Positions 46,301-61,767 of a DNA stretch of 64,000 nucleotides are shown here, in pieces. The translations under genes were made by a program, and so were the position numbers. The stretch spans positions 124,001 to 188,000 of the forward strand of contig NIVC01001794.1 in NCBI GenBank assembly GCA_002269645.1, in the 5' to 3' direction. Each line of letters opens with the position of its first letter. The first letter of the stretch is position 1. The notes below the pieces were generated by a model. That model was not told where the DNA came from, ran no database searches, and saw only the letters and a program-made list of their open reading frames with translations. The stretch is from Macrostomum lignano (taxonomy: Eukaryota).

Positions 46301-48455
46301 ATCTCTTAGTCTTATATAGAGTTAGCAAAAAAATTGCGCGCTGGCTTTTGAATAAAAATTAGACTGTTAAAACCGTCTGACAAAGTGATGACCAGAAACC
46401 AGTCCTGGACTATAACGAGTTAATAAGAACAAACACGATTCTTTCTTTGTCAAAAATTCCAGTGAATGATTTTTTTGAGAAAAACTGGACCTTGAAGATT
46501 TCCACCCATTTGGATTCAAACTTATGCGAACTGGCACTAGATGTCAAAAGTCCTTATGACAGGGGCAGATTTTTATGCAAGCTAGAATAAGAAACGAGGT
46601 GCAATTCAGGATGGACAATTATATATCAATATGTACTTTTGTAAAGTATTTTTACAGTAATTGTATTCTTCATGAAATAAGAATATTAAGACATTTCTAT
46701 CCATGCGATGGGACAGAAAGAATGGCATAACCTACTTGGTTGTTCGTGGCACACTGCTGCTCCAAGTCAATAATGCTGCCCAAGCAGGCACTCGCGTTGG
46801 CACAACCGTTAGCGGCAGGGCAGTCAAACTCTCCCTGTAAATTTATTTTGTACGCTTCGTCAGGTACAGAAAATAGTTACTACTGAGCAGTTAAGTCCCT
46901 ATGTTAGTACATACCGCGGTACAGTTCAGTCGCTCCCGACACAAAGTGTCTGCTGGAAGGCAGTTTTTTGCTGGCAAGCACGGGTTCAGGCCCGATGGAC
47001 AGTGTATACTGTATTTGATTTGGAGAATCTCGTCTCCAAAGTAGTTTCCATCAGTCGGGGGAGTGCCTTTCATCGGCAGCAGTCCGTTCCACAATCTGCA
47101 TGTCAGATTCACACTTCCTGGCTGTCTCAAATATGTATTCATATACATTTTCTTTATATCGAGGATCAGATATCCAGATCCATAGTGCATTACTGGAGCA
47201 CCACTGGAGTAGGAGTAGGCATAGATAGAATACTCTGTGTAGTGAGACGACGCCTCGATGTAGCAGTAGGCAGCCTTCCTTGGTATATCTCGGCACAGTT
47301 CGCGCTTTCGCTTATTTGCTCCCCGTCCGGGAAACTCAGCGATACCGAGGCCATCGCACCATGGAGCTGATGCATTTGACTGGTTCAATGCTGAGCTTAA
47401 AATATTTCCCGGGTAGACATAGTCATGCATGCTTGCAGTGCCGTTCTTTTCTAACTCGACTGTCGGGAAACCAGCTGGTGGTGGTCGCGACTTCGGCGGA
47501 AGCAGGAATCCGTAGGTAGGCTGACACTCCGCGACTACCTTGTTGTCCTTGTTAAAGTAGCGAACCCTCAGCTTTACCCACGATAGACTCGCATTGGAGC
47601 CGGCGTAGTTGGACATTCCCAGTGCGTCTGCGCTCACGCAGCTGTTGTTATCGAGAAGCCTGTTGAGTGTAATTTCCTGTCCGATGCGGCTGTTGTCGAG
47701 CTTGTTGGATCCGAGTCTCATCACAGGAGGACCCACTTGCTGCACAACGGTGAAACGAACATTCAGATCCGCAGGAATGAAGCAGGAGTTTGTAGGCGAC
47801 ACGGACGTGATAATGGTCTTGTTGTTGGGACACGACCTTTTCGCAATCGCTTCTTCGCATTGACTAGATTTTAGGCATAAGCCGTATCCAGCATAGCATC
47901 GAGCCTTTGAACTGATGTTGTAACCCGAATAGCTGGTGCAAGATTCGCTGGAGTAATCGCAAGTGCCCCAGAAGTTGTACTCTGTTTGATTCCAACAGCG
48001 GCCTTGCTTCGGGCAGATTGCCTAGGTGGGAATTAAAAAAATTGCATTAATTGTCTTATGTGTTGTTCATTTACGAGTACTATTAGAGACTTTTGAGCGC
48101 ATTGTGAATGCTCAAACTTCAAATACTCGAACGTCCATCGAGCGTTCACGACTAAGACTCTCACCAAGTCATTTGCGGCGCAATCCTCCTCCATCGATGT
48201 AATTTCGTCCATGCAGACGGAGAAGTTTTTGCAGCTACTCGTTGTTGGACAGAACATCTCAGTCTAAAATTGGAGTTTGCACATTGAATGATTCCTATCA
48301 TCTGGACTCTATTATTGGGCCCGTACATATCTGATCTCTTCAAAAACGACCGAATGACTTACTTCATCGGAACAGTTTCCAGGAGAGGCGGTTTGACTGG
48401 CCACACCGTGTGCCAGCAGCAGTGCCAACCACAGTTGAAGCAGGGCGCCTGCCAT
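10304..48455 (-). CDS. Giant single-pass cell-surface protein (~4,813 aa): signal peptide, 6x unrecognised Cys-rich module, DCxG repeats, REJ, GAIN/GPS, SEA, 1 TM (polycystin-1/REJ-like ectodomain)
   Basis: Hand-built 25-exon model, all GT-AG and phase-consistent: 48455-48363, 48263-48165, 48021-46915, 46834-46736, 45814-44708, 44598-44500, 43330-42203, 42093-41995, 40827-39700, 39590-39492, 28032-26905, 26806-26708, 20446-19340, 19263-19039, 18968-18876, 18453-18352, 18213-17561, 17340-15747, 15420-14930, 14839-14266, 14179-13958, 13757-12497, 12407-12278, 12133-10479, 10353-10304. Total 14,442 nt, divisible by 3. Starts [21 protein letters not shown] and ends [12 protein letters not shown]. 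There is no transcript evidence. Confidence 0.8.
10479..12133 (-). CDS. Exon 24: GAIN/GPS, S/T stalk, SEA-like domain, TM helix, cytoplasmic tail
   Basis: [16 protein letters not shown]...[13 protein letters not shown] (GPS-like), T-rich stalk, VTLQIKV...[29 protein letters not shown] (SEA-like), [28 protein letters not shown] (TM plus stop-transfer). Confidence 0.82.
12497..13757 (-). CDS. Exon 22: REJ domain
   Basis: YKWKIV...[11 protein letters not shown]...[26 protein letters not shown] matches the REJ signature NxPPxGGxxxVxPxxGxALxTxF. Confidence 0.8.
15747..17340 (-). CDS. Exon 18: beta-rich region followed by tandem (D/G)CxG...CGxC cysteine repeats
   Basis: [83 protein letters not shown]. 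Confidence 0.75.
19340..20446 (-). CDS. Large module exon A6 (369 codons, phase 0-0)
   Basis: Acceptor attcag|AATTTC, donor AGCTCT|gtaagt; shares the near-identical core SCFIP...GDEIL with the other five copies. Confidence 0.85.
21950..22900. repeat. Degenerate duplicated repeat block with ccttgacat/ccttgaaat subrepeats and short CCCTAA-like tracts
   Basis: Two related ~400-bp units (~21950-22340 and ~22370-22820), each with many (g)ccttga(c/a)at(c/g)tcag motifs and a ctaaccctaaccctagcctaacccta-like tract (22081, 22505). Confidence 0.55.
22930..24615. repeat. 22-23 bp minisatellite (tttttacatgacgcttctatga)n, roughly 70-75 units, intronic
   Basis: Directly visible tandem array with variant units and higher-order blocks. 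Confidence 0.95.
25500..26075. repeat. Purine-rich (GA/AAG) low-complexity tract
   Basis: Almost entirely A/G; explains the spurious S/L-rich and E/R-rich ORFs at 25403-26192. Confidence 0.9.
26905..28032 (-). CDS. Large module exon A5 (376 codons, phase 0-0)
   Basis: Acceptor tttcag|AACTTT, donor ACCAGG|gtaact; followed by 99-nt exon 26806-26708 ([33 protein letters not shown]). Confidence 0.85.
28430..28960 (+). pseudogene. Ty3/Gypsy (CsRN1-like) gag-protease remnant
   Basis: [14 protein letters not shown] (retropepsin active site) and a downstream [13 protein letters not shown] flap-like motif; stops and frameshifts. Confidence 0.65.
29250..30559 (+). mobile_element. 5'-truncated non-LTR retrotransposon 3' end with RNase H and CCHC finger (I superfamily, LOA/Lian-like)
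   Basis: YCFTDG...[11 protein letters not shown]...[10 protein letters not shown]...[21 protein letters not shown] (RNase H); LSGHGYF..H...CPFC...[11 protein letters not shown] (CCHC). Frameshifted. A short 3' tail continues at 31598-31618 after the P-like insertion. Confidence 0.85.
30560..31589 (-). mobile_element. Non-autonomous P-element-like DNA transposon (1,030 bp), 136-bp TIRs, 8-bp TSD
   Basis: TIRs 30560-30695 and 31454-31589 (CACAGAACTTACACAGAAT...) with about 2 mismatches; TSD GCACTAGC at 30552-30559 and 31590-31597. The internal minus [22 protein letters not shown]...YCRLRLHHW resembles the C-terminus of P/THAP9 transposases. Confidence 0.88.
32087..34668 (-). pseudogene. pol of the Mag-like element (PR-RT-RH-IN) in three frameshifted pieces
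   Basis: ORFs 34318-34668 (protease), 33530-34309 (RT) and 32087-33400 (RNase H C-terminus plus integrase); the RNase H start is disrupted. Confidence 0.88.
34669..35571 (-). CDS. Gag of the Mag-like element
   Basis: MATRIG...RYEFHQMKQ...[10 protein letters not shown]...[35 protein letters not shown]. It ends in an in-frame TAA directly before MLLDTGS. Confidence 0.85.
   Translation of the reverse strand: MATRIGARQLEILNFDECRKRWIQRFEIIASPEGWKDDTKRNAFLASIGPKGFDIIADAVSPDEPTSKSYEQLVGVLKSQIKPDKLAIALRYEFHQMKQKKDEDTASYARRLRLGAEGCQFTDINERLCDQFIFGLENRDILRKLLTEKLEDLTLEKVTTVASACEAVGRGEQDMSKEEVFKVQMKKNFLSSSASSKWTPKPTQLRSKSAQKHEARACYCCGKPNHSKAQCKFKNFKCRLCGKVGHLKTAVCRSGGNSLTKSATISAVTGKTPEPDDCDNVLSLGGERFKRQGVINGTHV
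35628..36735. mobile_element. Non-autonomous TIR element (CAC...GTG ends, ~108-bp TIRs, TA target duplication) inserted in the Gypsy 5' LTR
   Basis: CACCATTTTACCCTCGA... / ...TCGAGGGTAAAATGGTG, flanked by TA on both sides. The other LTR shows the empty site ttggTAttgttgg (31630-31642). Many internal (t)tgtcaaaat subterminal repeats. Confidence 0.9.
35749..36204. mobile_element. MITE nested in the previous element, carrying ~12 copies of a 19-bp repeat (gatgcttgctatctgggtg)
   Basis: ~85-bp TIRs gggtacttgctatttggga... / ...tcccaaatagcaagtaccc; the 19-bp array at ~35826-36062 is an amplified piece of the TIR. No clear TSD. Confidence 0.75.
36912..37215 (+). pseudogene. DIRS/Ngaro-like reverse transcriptase C-terminal fragment
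   Basis: [30 protein letters not shown]...LWLPMDN...[12 protein letters not shown] matches the DIRS pattern LGF.IN..KS...P.Q...FLG....L.LP....L..L.GKL.F. Confidence 0.65.
38345..39130 (+). pseudogene. Ty3/Gypsy (CsRN1-like) reverse transcriptase remnant, continuation of 28430-28960
   Basis: FPGLT...[21 protein letters not shown]...[27 protein letters not shown]...[16 protein letters not shown]...[13 protein letters not shown]; stops and frameshifts. Confidence 0.8.
39700..40827 (-). CDS. Large module exon A4 (376 codons)
   Basis: Same translation as A3; followed by 99-nt exon 39590-39492 ([33 protein letters not shown]). Confidence 0.8.
42203..43330 (-). CDS. Large module exon A3 (376 codons)
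   Basis: Same translation as A4; 2,503 bp offset. Confidence 0.8.
44708..45814 (-). CDS. Large module exon A2 (369 codons)
   Basis: N-flank like A6 ([13 protein letters not shown]), C-flank like A3/A4 ([15 protein letters not shown]). Confidence 0.85.
46915..48021 (-). CDS. Large module exon A1 (369 codons, most diverged copy)
   Basis: Acceptor cctag|GCAATC, donor ACCGCG|gtatgt; unique N-flank [21 protein letters not shown]; the distal half of the core is diverged. Confidence 0.85.
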
Positions 48456-49349
48456 TTGTGGCGCTGGGTTGGGCGGGCGGGTTTTTTTATGCTTGCAAAT
48501 TGTACAACTCAACTTTGAGTTGGCATAGCCACAATCAGGCGGAGCAAAAATGGGCCCTGCCACCCCCTCCCCCCCAACAATTAGGCTGGTAAAAGTCAAA
48601 AGTGTCCACTTTGCAGCAGTTTTAGTGCCCCGAAGCTGGCGCCCTATACAAAGGATACACTAATATGGTGCCCCGATCCGTGATCCTGGCTACCCCCGTG
48701 TACCTGTAAACACGTCTTTGGCTTTGTTTAGACAATGTTAAAGTTAAAAAATTCTAGTAAGTAGAATATTTCAAGTCAACTTCAGCAAACAAAAAATTCT
48801 TTGTCTTATTTTTATCGGGGTACTAACTTATTATATTCGGAATAAAAGCGTAATAGCTGTCAGCTGCAATAATCTGATTTAAAAAGACAAAAATAGTAGG
48901 TCCACGCCAAGACTTTCTCACCGCGGTTCATCCCGGCAGGCTGCAGGTTGGTCCAAATTTTAACACCGGAAAATCGAGTTGATGCAAAAAGACAGGACTA
49001 CGGGATTCTATAAGCAATGCAGATGCGCTTCTCTGTTGAATGCAGAACAGAGACCGGCGGTAAAGTAGCTATTTTGTTTTCCGCTCCAGCTTTATCCCCA
49101 ATGCCCGCATGATGGATTGGGGTGGAAGCGGCGAGAGGAAGGGGCTGCTAAACCGATCGATGAGGGAAGAATGGGAAGAATGGCTGGGATTGTTCAATCC
49201 TGCAGAGCCTCCAGTCTTGGGGGACGTGGGTCGCGCAATGCGCATCCATATTTACTTGTCCCAAAAAAACTCAGCGCTCAAACCCTCCGTGCAATCGAGG
49301 GGCCATGGTGGATGAAAATGCAATTACTCACGGATGCAATTGCCGAGTG

Positions 49350-49692
<343 letters not shown>

Positions 49693-50332
49693 AGAGAATG
49701 GACCCAGGGGAGCAATAAAAGCAGACTGGGGGATGGCAGCCAGCTCCATGGATACGAATAGCAACAGAAATTTTCGTCTCTCCCACCAAGCTCGCATTCC
49801 AACCCTAACGACTAATTTTGTTTAAAGGGGGGTTGGCAGAGTGCGCGTCTAAAAAACGAACTGACTATAGGTATTGTTTTATAGAGCTGCAGGCAGACCA
49901 TGTGGCGTGACTTTACCTGGCCTAGAGTGCGCAGATGCATGGTGGGATGATTCTGTCAAGCGCACAAATATTTATCCATCCAATTATCTCGATTAAATAT
50001 CTTTGCTCAAGAGACGGGCTGAATTTTAAATCACGCAGTAATAATTTTGTGTTTATTGACGACAGTCGCTAACGCATTTTATTGATGCTACATCTGCGTG
50101 GGGATAGATAATTTTAGAAAATATTCACTGAATAGAATGAGAATATCCTAGAGGTTTTTTGTAGTGAATTTTGTCGAGGTTTAATGAATGGTCGAAATCA
50201 ATGAGATATTCCTTGCATAAAAAACATATTTTTAAGCCTCTGAAAAGTACGATAAAAAGTAAATTTGCCTTTTTTACATTTCTTAATCGTGATACAGGTC
50301 CGTCGATAAGCGTTAAGATTTATTAAAGGACT

Positions 50333-50583
50333 CAGTGGCGTACACAGAGGGGCCTAATTACCCCATAAAAATAGCGCTTCTTCCAAAGACTGAAAGAAGG
50401 AGGACACAAGGCCCTATAAATGACATAAGCTTAACTTTTGCCACCTCTTGGACATGGCATGATAATTTCTTATGGGGGCCGCCCACAATAAGAGACCCAG
50501 AGACAGGGCGCCCCACAACACCAAATATTTGCGCTACTAGGATTTTGGGCCCCCTCGAATTAAAATTCCTGCGCACGCTACTT
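50333..50583. mobile_element. Possible hAT-like MITE
   Basis: Imperfect TIR cagtggcgtacacag / ctgcgcacgctactt; candidate 8-bp TSD aaaggact / aacggacc (6 of 8 match). Confidence 0.4.
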
Positions 50584-51931
50584 AACGGACCGTCGTTACG
50601 ACATTTATTAATTAACGGATTGACGAATGATTGACGAATGATTGACGAAAGTTTTTATGGCTTGTTTCTTTTTTTTGTAGGGATTTTTGTAATTCTCGTA
50701 GAGCATTAGAAGGCCAAAAGTAAAAATTCTTTAAATATAACAACTAGCGGCTTTTTTATGTACTTTATTAAAAAGCATGTTACGACAGTTTTGTTTTAAC
50801 CCGCTGTTGCTAAGCAATCTATGAAAAAAATATTTTAACTACTCGACACTATTATATTTTATATCTATAGATCACATCATCTTTTAAAGTTGGTTAAAAA
50901 GGTTTTTGCCATTCACTGCTAATATCTCGAAACATCCGCTAATTTTCTGGATTATTTATGGAAAGCTTTTAGTTAAACTAGAACCATATCTTTTTCTTGT
51001 ATAACTACTTTCAAGCTAAGCTTTTTAACTTTCATTTAGCTTGCACTGCTTTATTTTTGGTTTAAATATGCGAGGATTTGACCCCCAACTAGCAAAGATG
51101 AGAAGTGCATACCCCTTCTGTATTATTTTAGTTTTCATGTACTTCTAAAAAGTACAGTAGTCCTCAAATATTATTTTTTTATTCAGCATGAATATGTATT
51201 AGCTGCAAATAAATGCTAACACGATTTATACTCTGCTTATGAAATTTTGGAAACCTGTTTTAATAGTTTTACTCACGACTTTATATTCTTCTAATACATC
51301 CAAGGTTAATCAACATTCTTGCTTCTATTTGAAAAGGTACCGCTTCTGAATCAGCTCAATTTAAATATATTTAAAGTCATTCTCGCGTGGTGCAGATTTT
51401 TGCTCACTTTATCTAAGCACAATATTATATCAAACAGGACTGGTTAATCAAATAGAGTACCATATGGCCAAATTCAATTTTTATGAACGATCTTAATTCT
51501 ACACTTTATATTGATACAAAGTTTTTTTGTAAATTGCAAGTATCTTTATGCTTTTAAAAGACAGAAATGCTACTAGTTCTATGCAAATTCAATAATGAAT
51601 TTGCAATTTATTCATTGCATAATATGGTGCCATTATAAAATTTTAAGCACAATTTACATGATGTGCCCTAGGCTTTGATATAAAATATACTATTGTAGTG
51701 CTATTTTTAACGCTTAATAATTTTTTTATAATTTTTAATGTCTTTAGACTAACAATCTATAGTTTAAATTAAGTATTTTGTCAGCACATTTCGATCGAAA
51801 CATATTGCGGATTTAAGAAGAAATCATATTTACAATAATTTATATACTTTAAGATGCCTGGTATTTTTTAAGTAGTCATGAAAAGCAGTTTACAGCAGAA
51901 AATTTGATTCCTGCCTATTTCAGACAGTAAA

Positions 51932-53383
51932 ATGGCTACTTCAGTTATCTCGGCCAATCTGCCACCCAACATTGATCCTACCAAGGCCACGATGGCCTAC
52001 GGAAATGGAGCTCTGCGACGTCTGGTAAGCTGAAATTCCAAGCTAATCTCCTTCTCGTGTCATTGTGCCAAGCAATTTCATTTTTTACTACACACTCAAA
52101 AACTCTTCAGAATCGAGAGCTGCAGGACACCGAGAACATGCTGACCCGTCAGAAAGCAGTAAAAGCCCTGTGTGATTACCTGCATGACCACGAGCACGTA
52201 GCCGCTGCTATTCACGAAGGTAGACCTCTGTTTGCCATTATCTTTCTGACTAATAAATAAAAATGAAAAGGGATGCTACTGCATAAGCGATTCGATTCCT
52301 TTTCAGGCATTGTCGTCTCACTAAAATCTCTTCTGCGGGACACCGATGTCACTTGTCGCCAGCTGTCTACAATGTGCTTCTACGTGATCTCCCGTAAGTG
52401 CAAGGTGGCTTCTAGAGGCGCAGCAAGTAGTTATTTATTGCTGAGGTCTGCAACCTATCGGAATTATCCAATTTTCAGAGCACTCCGTTGGCAGAGAGGC
52501 GATCTTGGACACCGGCACCATTGAGCCGCTGTCAGCCCTCTTTGAAGACGCCGAAGACATCTGCCGACGCAATGCTCACATGGCCATCGAGATGCTCTCC
52601 GAGGTGCCGTTCGGCGCCGATGGCATCGTCCAGGCCGCCCTGGTGCCGAAGCTCATCGAGAAGGTCAAATCAGAGCATGACGAGATCAAAGAGTACATCC
52701 TGGACACGCTGCACTTCTGCCTCATTGTCAACACGCAGGATGCACTGAAGGCCCACGGAATGGAAGTGTTCACCTCTCTGCTGGCCAGCAACCTCGCCAC
52801 TATCCGAGCCAAGGCTGCCAGGGATATCATGGATCTGAGGTGAGCTGGGATGCTGCTAATTATTTAGTTCGCTTTTTGGACTTATTAAGCCATTACCAAA
52901 CAAGCAGTCCTAAATCATTGTTTCAACTTCCACAGCGTGCCTCTCGACGGCAAGGACAAGGCGGTGGAAGTTGGCACAGTGCCAGCTCTAATTGGCCTGC
53001 TAGGAGACAATGCTAGCGCTGTGAGGGCCAATGCTGCTGGAGCTTTGTCCTTGTAAGTTCAATGCGGTATTTTTGGTCATTGGAACTGAATATTCACTCC
53101 AACTTGTCTCAACTGCCGCCTCAGCATCGCGGTGACAACGCAGGGCAAGTACACCGCTCTGAACGCCGATTGCGTCAACCCGCTTCTACCGCTGGTGAAT
53201 GATCCCAACAGTGAGGTCCGCGTCAACGCTCTGAAGGTGGTCACTTGCTTAGCCGAGGCCCCCGAGGGTCGCAAAATTCTCACCGGCCACGTGGAGCAGA
53301 TTCGCCAGCTCGAGTCGGACGAGATCACGAATGTTCGCAAGCACGCGGAGATTGCCGTGCGAGTCATCACCTGGAGGCCATGA
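51932..53383 (+). CDS. RSPH14: Radial spoke head protein 14 homolog (RTDR1), ARM-repeat axonemal protein, ~340 aa
   Basis: Exons 51932-52024, 52111-52219, 52307-52393, 52479-52839, 52936-53052, 53125-53383 (GT-AG). Motifs PPNIDPTKATMAYGNGAL, TRQKAVKALCDYLHD, HSVGR, ILDTLHFC, IRAKAAR, ANAAGAL, TTQGKYTAL, LAEAPEGRKIL and AEIAVRVITWRP* are colinear with vertebrate RSPH14 as I recall it. Confidence 0.93.
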
Positions 53384-53780
53384 GATGCTAGAGGTGAAGC
53401 TAAATCAACAGATACAGCCTCGCAGATTTTTCTTTTAAAAACTCGAATCCTTTCTTCTTTGCGACTTTGTTTAAACGCGTTGGTTATTTATTGTAACACA
53501 AGCAGATGCAGATGCTGTTCTTGTGAACGTGGGTTGCACTTGTTTATCCTGCCTTAATTTAATATATTTTCCTTTTATTATGTAATAATTGCAGCACACA
53601 TGGTTTAGAATTTAGCCTTTCTATTTATTGGATTTAGTTCATTCAAAACTGAAGAAAGAGTTGGCGATTCACAAGCCTTCGGTACGGCTTGATTACCGAC
53701 TGGGACGTTCTTGTCCCCTCATCTCAGCATAAGCCGACATGTAGAAAAACAATAAGCTGTCAAGGGGATACGGTAATTTG

Positions 53781-54305
53781 TCTGCCAGTGACACTTGACT
53801 ACCAGTGACACTTGACTGGCAGTGATATTTGACTGGCAGTGACATTTGACTGGCAGTGACATTAGACTGCCAGTGACGTTTGACTGGCAGTGACATTTGA
53901 CTGCCAGTGACACTTGACTGCCAGTGACACTTAACTGCCAGTGACACTTGACTGCCAGTGACATTTGACTGGCAGTGACATTTAACTGGCAGTGACATTT
54001 GACTGGCAGTGACACTTGACTGCCAGTGACACTTGACTGCCAGTGACACTTGACTGTCAGTGACACTTGACTGCCAGTGACACTTGACTGCCAGTGACAT
54101 TTGACTGGCAGTGACATTTGACTGCCAGTGACGTTTGACTGCCAGTGACGTTTGACTGCCAGTGACATTTGACTGCCAGTGACATTTGACTGCCAGCTAG
54201 TGACATTTGACTGCCAGTGACATTTGACTGCCAGCTAGTGACATTTGACTGCCAGTGACATTTGACTGCCAGCTAGTGACATTTGACTGCCAGTGACATT
54301 TGACT
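53781..54305. repeat. 17-bp minisatellite tgactg(g/c)cagtgaca(c/t)t, ~30 units
   Basis: Directly visible; explains ORFs 53693-54168. Confidence 0.95.
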
Positions 54306-54679
54306 ATTTAGATTGTTTGGGTTTTCGTCAGCAGTGAATTTATGGTTCTCAGCGGCAAAACTTCGAGCTTTAAGGCTTCTAATTCTCCTGTTTCAGCTCG
54401 GCTGAGTTGACACTCAGAGCCTGGAAATGACAACGCAGAAAAGTCCCGCTTCTCTGTATGGCAGTTATAAAAACAATTTTGCGTGTTACTCAGAAATGTA
54501 TTTTAGGAATATTATTGTTGGATCAATTCTTACAAAAATAAAAATCTTGTGCAGTTCTTAACAAAATGTAAAAATATTTATGAAACAATGTTGTCAGACA
54601 AAAAACAGACTGCATGATATTTTGGGAAAGCAAAAAAATTATCCAAAAATCTGTCATCGTAGGTTTATATAGCATCTCT

Positions 54680-55020
54680 TTGATGGGCTTAATGATTCAA
54701 ATCTATAAATCTTTCAGAGTTAGTAAAAATGTCAGTAAAAAACAGGAATATGAGCACCTCATTGATGCGCTCAGTGATTCAAATCTATAAATCTTTCAGA
54801 GTTGGTAAAATGTCAGTAAAAAACAGGAATATGAGCACCTCATTGATGCGCTCAGTGATTCAAATCTATTAATCTTTCAGAGTTAGTAACATTTCAGTAA
54901 AAAACAGGAATATGAGCATCTTTGATGCGCTCAGTGATTCAAATCTATTAATCTTTCAGAGTTAGTAACATTTCAGTAAAAAACAGGAATATGAGCATCT
55001 CATTAATGCGCTCAACGGTT
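54680..55020. repeat. ~80-bp tandem repeat, ~4 copies
   Basis: tgatgcgctcagtgattcaaatctat...aaaaaacaggaatatgagca recurs at about 54681, 54764, 54844, 54922 and 55004. Confidence 0.9.
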
Positions 55021-55346
55021 CACATCTCATCAATTCAGTTCAATTCTCATCTAAAAAATCTAAAAATCTAGTATTGGTAAAAAACATCTGAATATAGCAA
55101 AACTGGTGCACTAATGGGGAACTAACTTGGCAATAAAGCTTACGACCTAAGAAAATATAAATCTAATGGAACTCTGAAACAGTCTGAACAAACAAAACTT
55201 TAATCTGAAAAAAATTCACTTTGAAAACCGACAAACTGTCAGTGTAACTTTCAACTGAGTAATGGTCAACTTTTGAAATCAAACACAAAACGAAAAATAA
55301 TTTCTCCAGTTGTGCCTTAGTGACATTTCCAGTGACGGCTTCATCC

Positions 55347-61767
<6,421 letters not shown>

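Noticed and set aside
19744-47863. Recurrent plus-strand ORFs ([10 protein letters not shown]..., [11 protein letters not shown]...)
   Set aside because: Antisense shadows of the duplicated minus-strand exons; they recur only because the exon is repeated.
53693-54168. VKCHWQSSVT-repeat Cys/His proteins
   Set aside because: Translation of a 17-bp repeat (not a multiple of 3, open in several frames); no splice or expression support.
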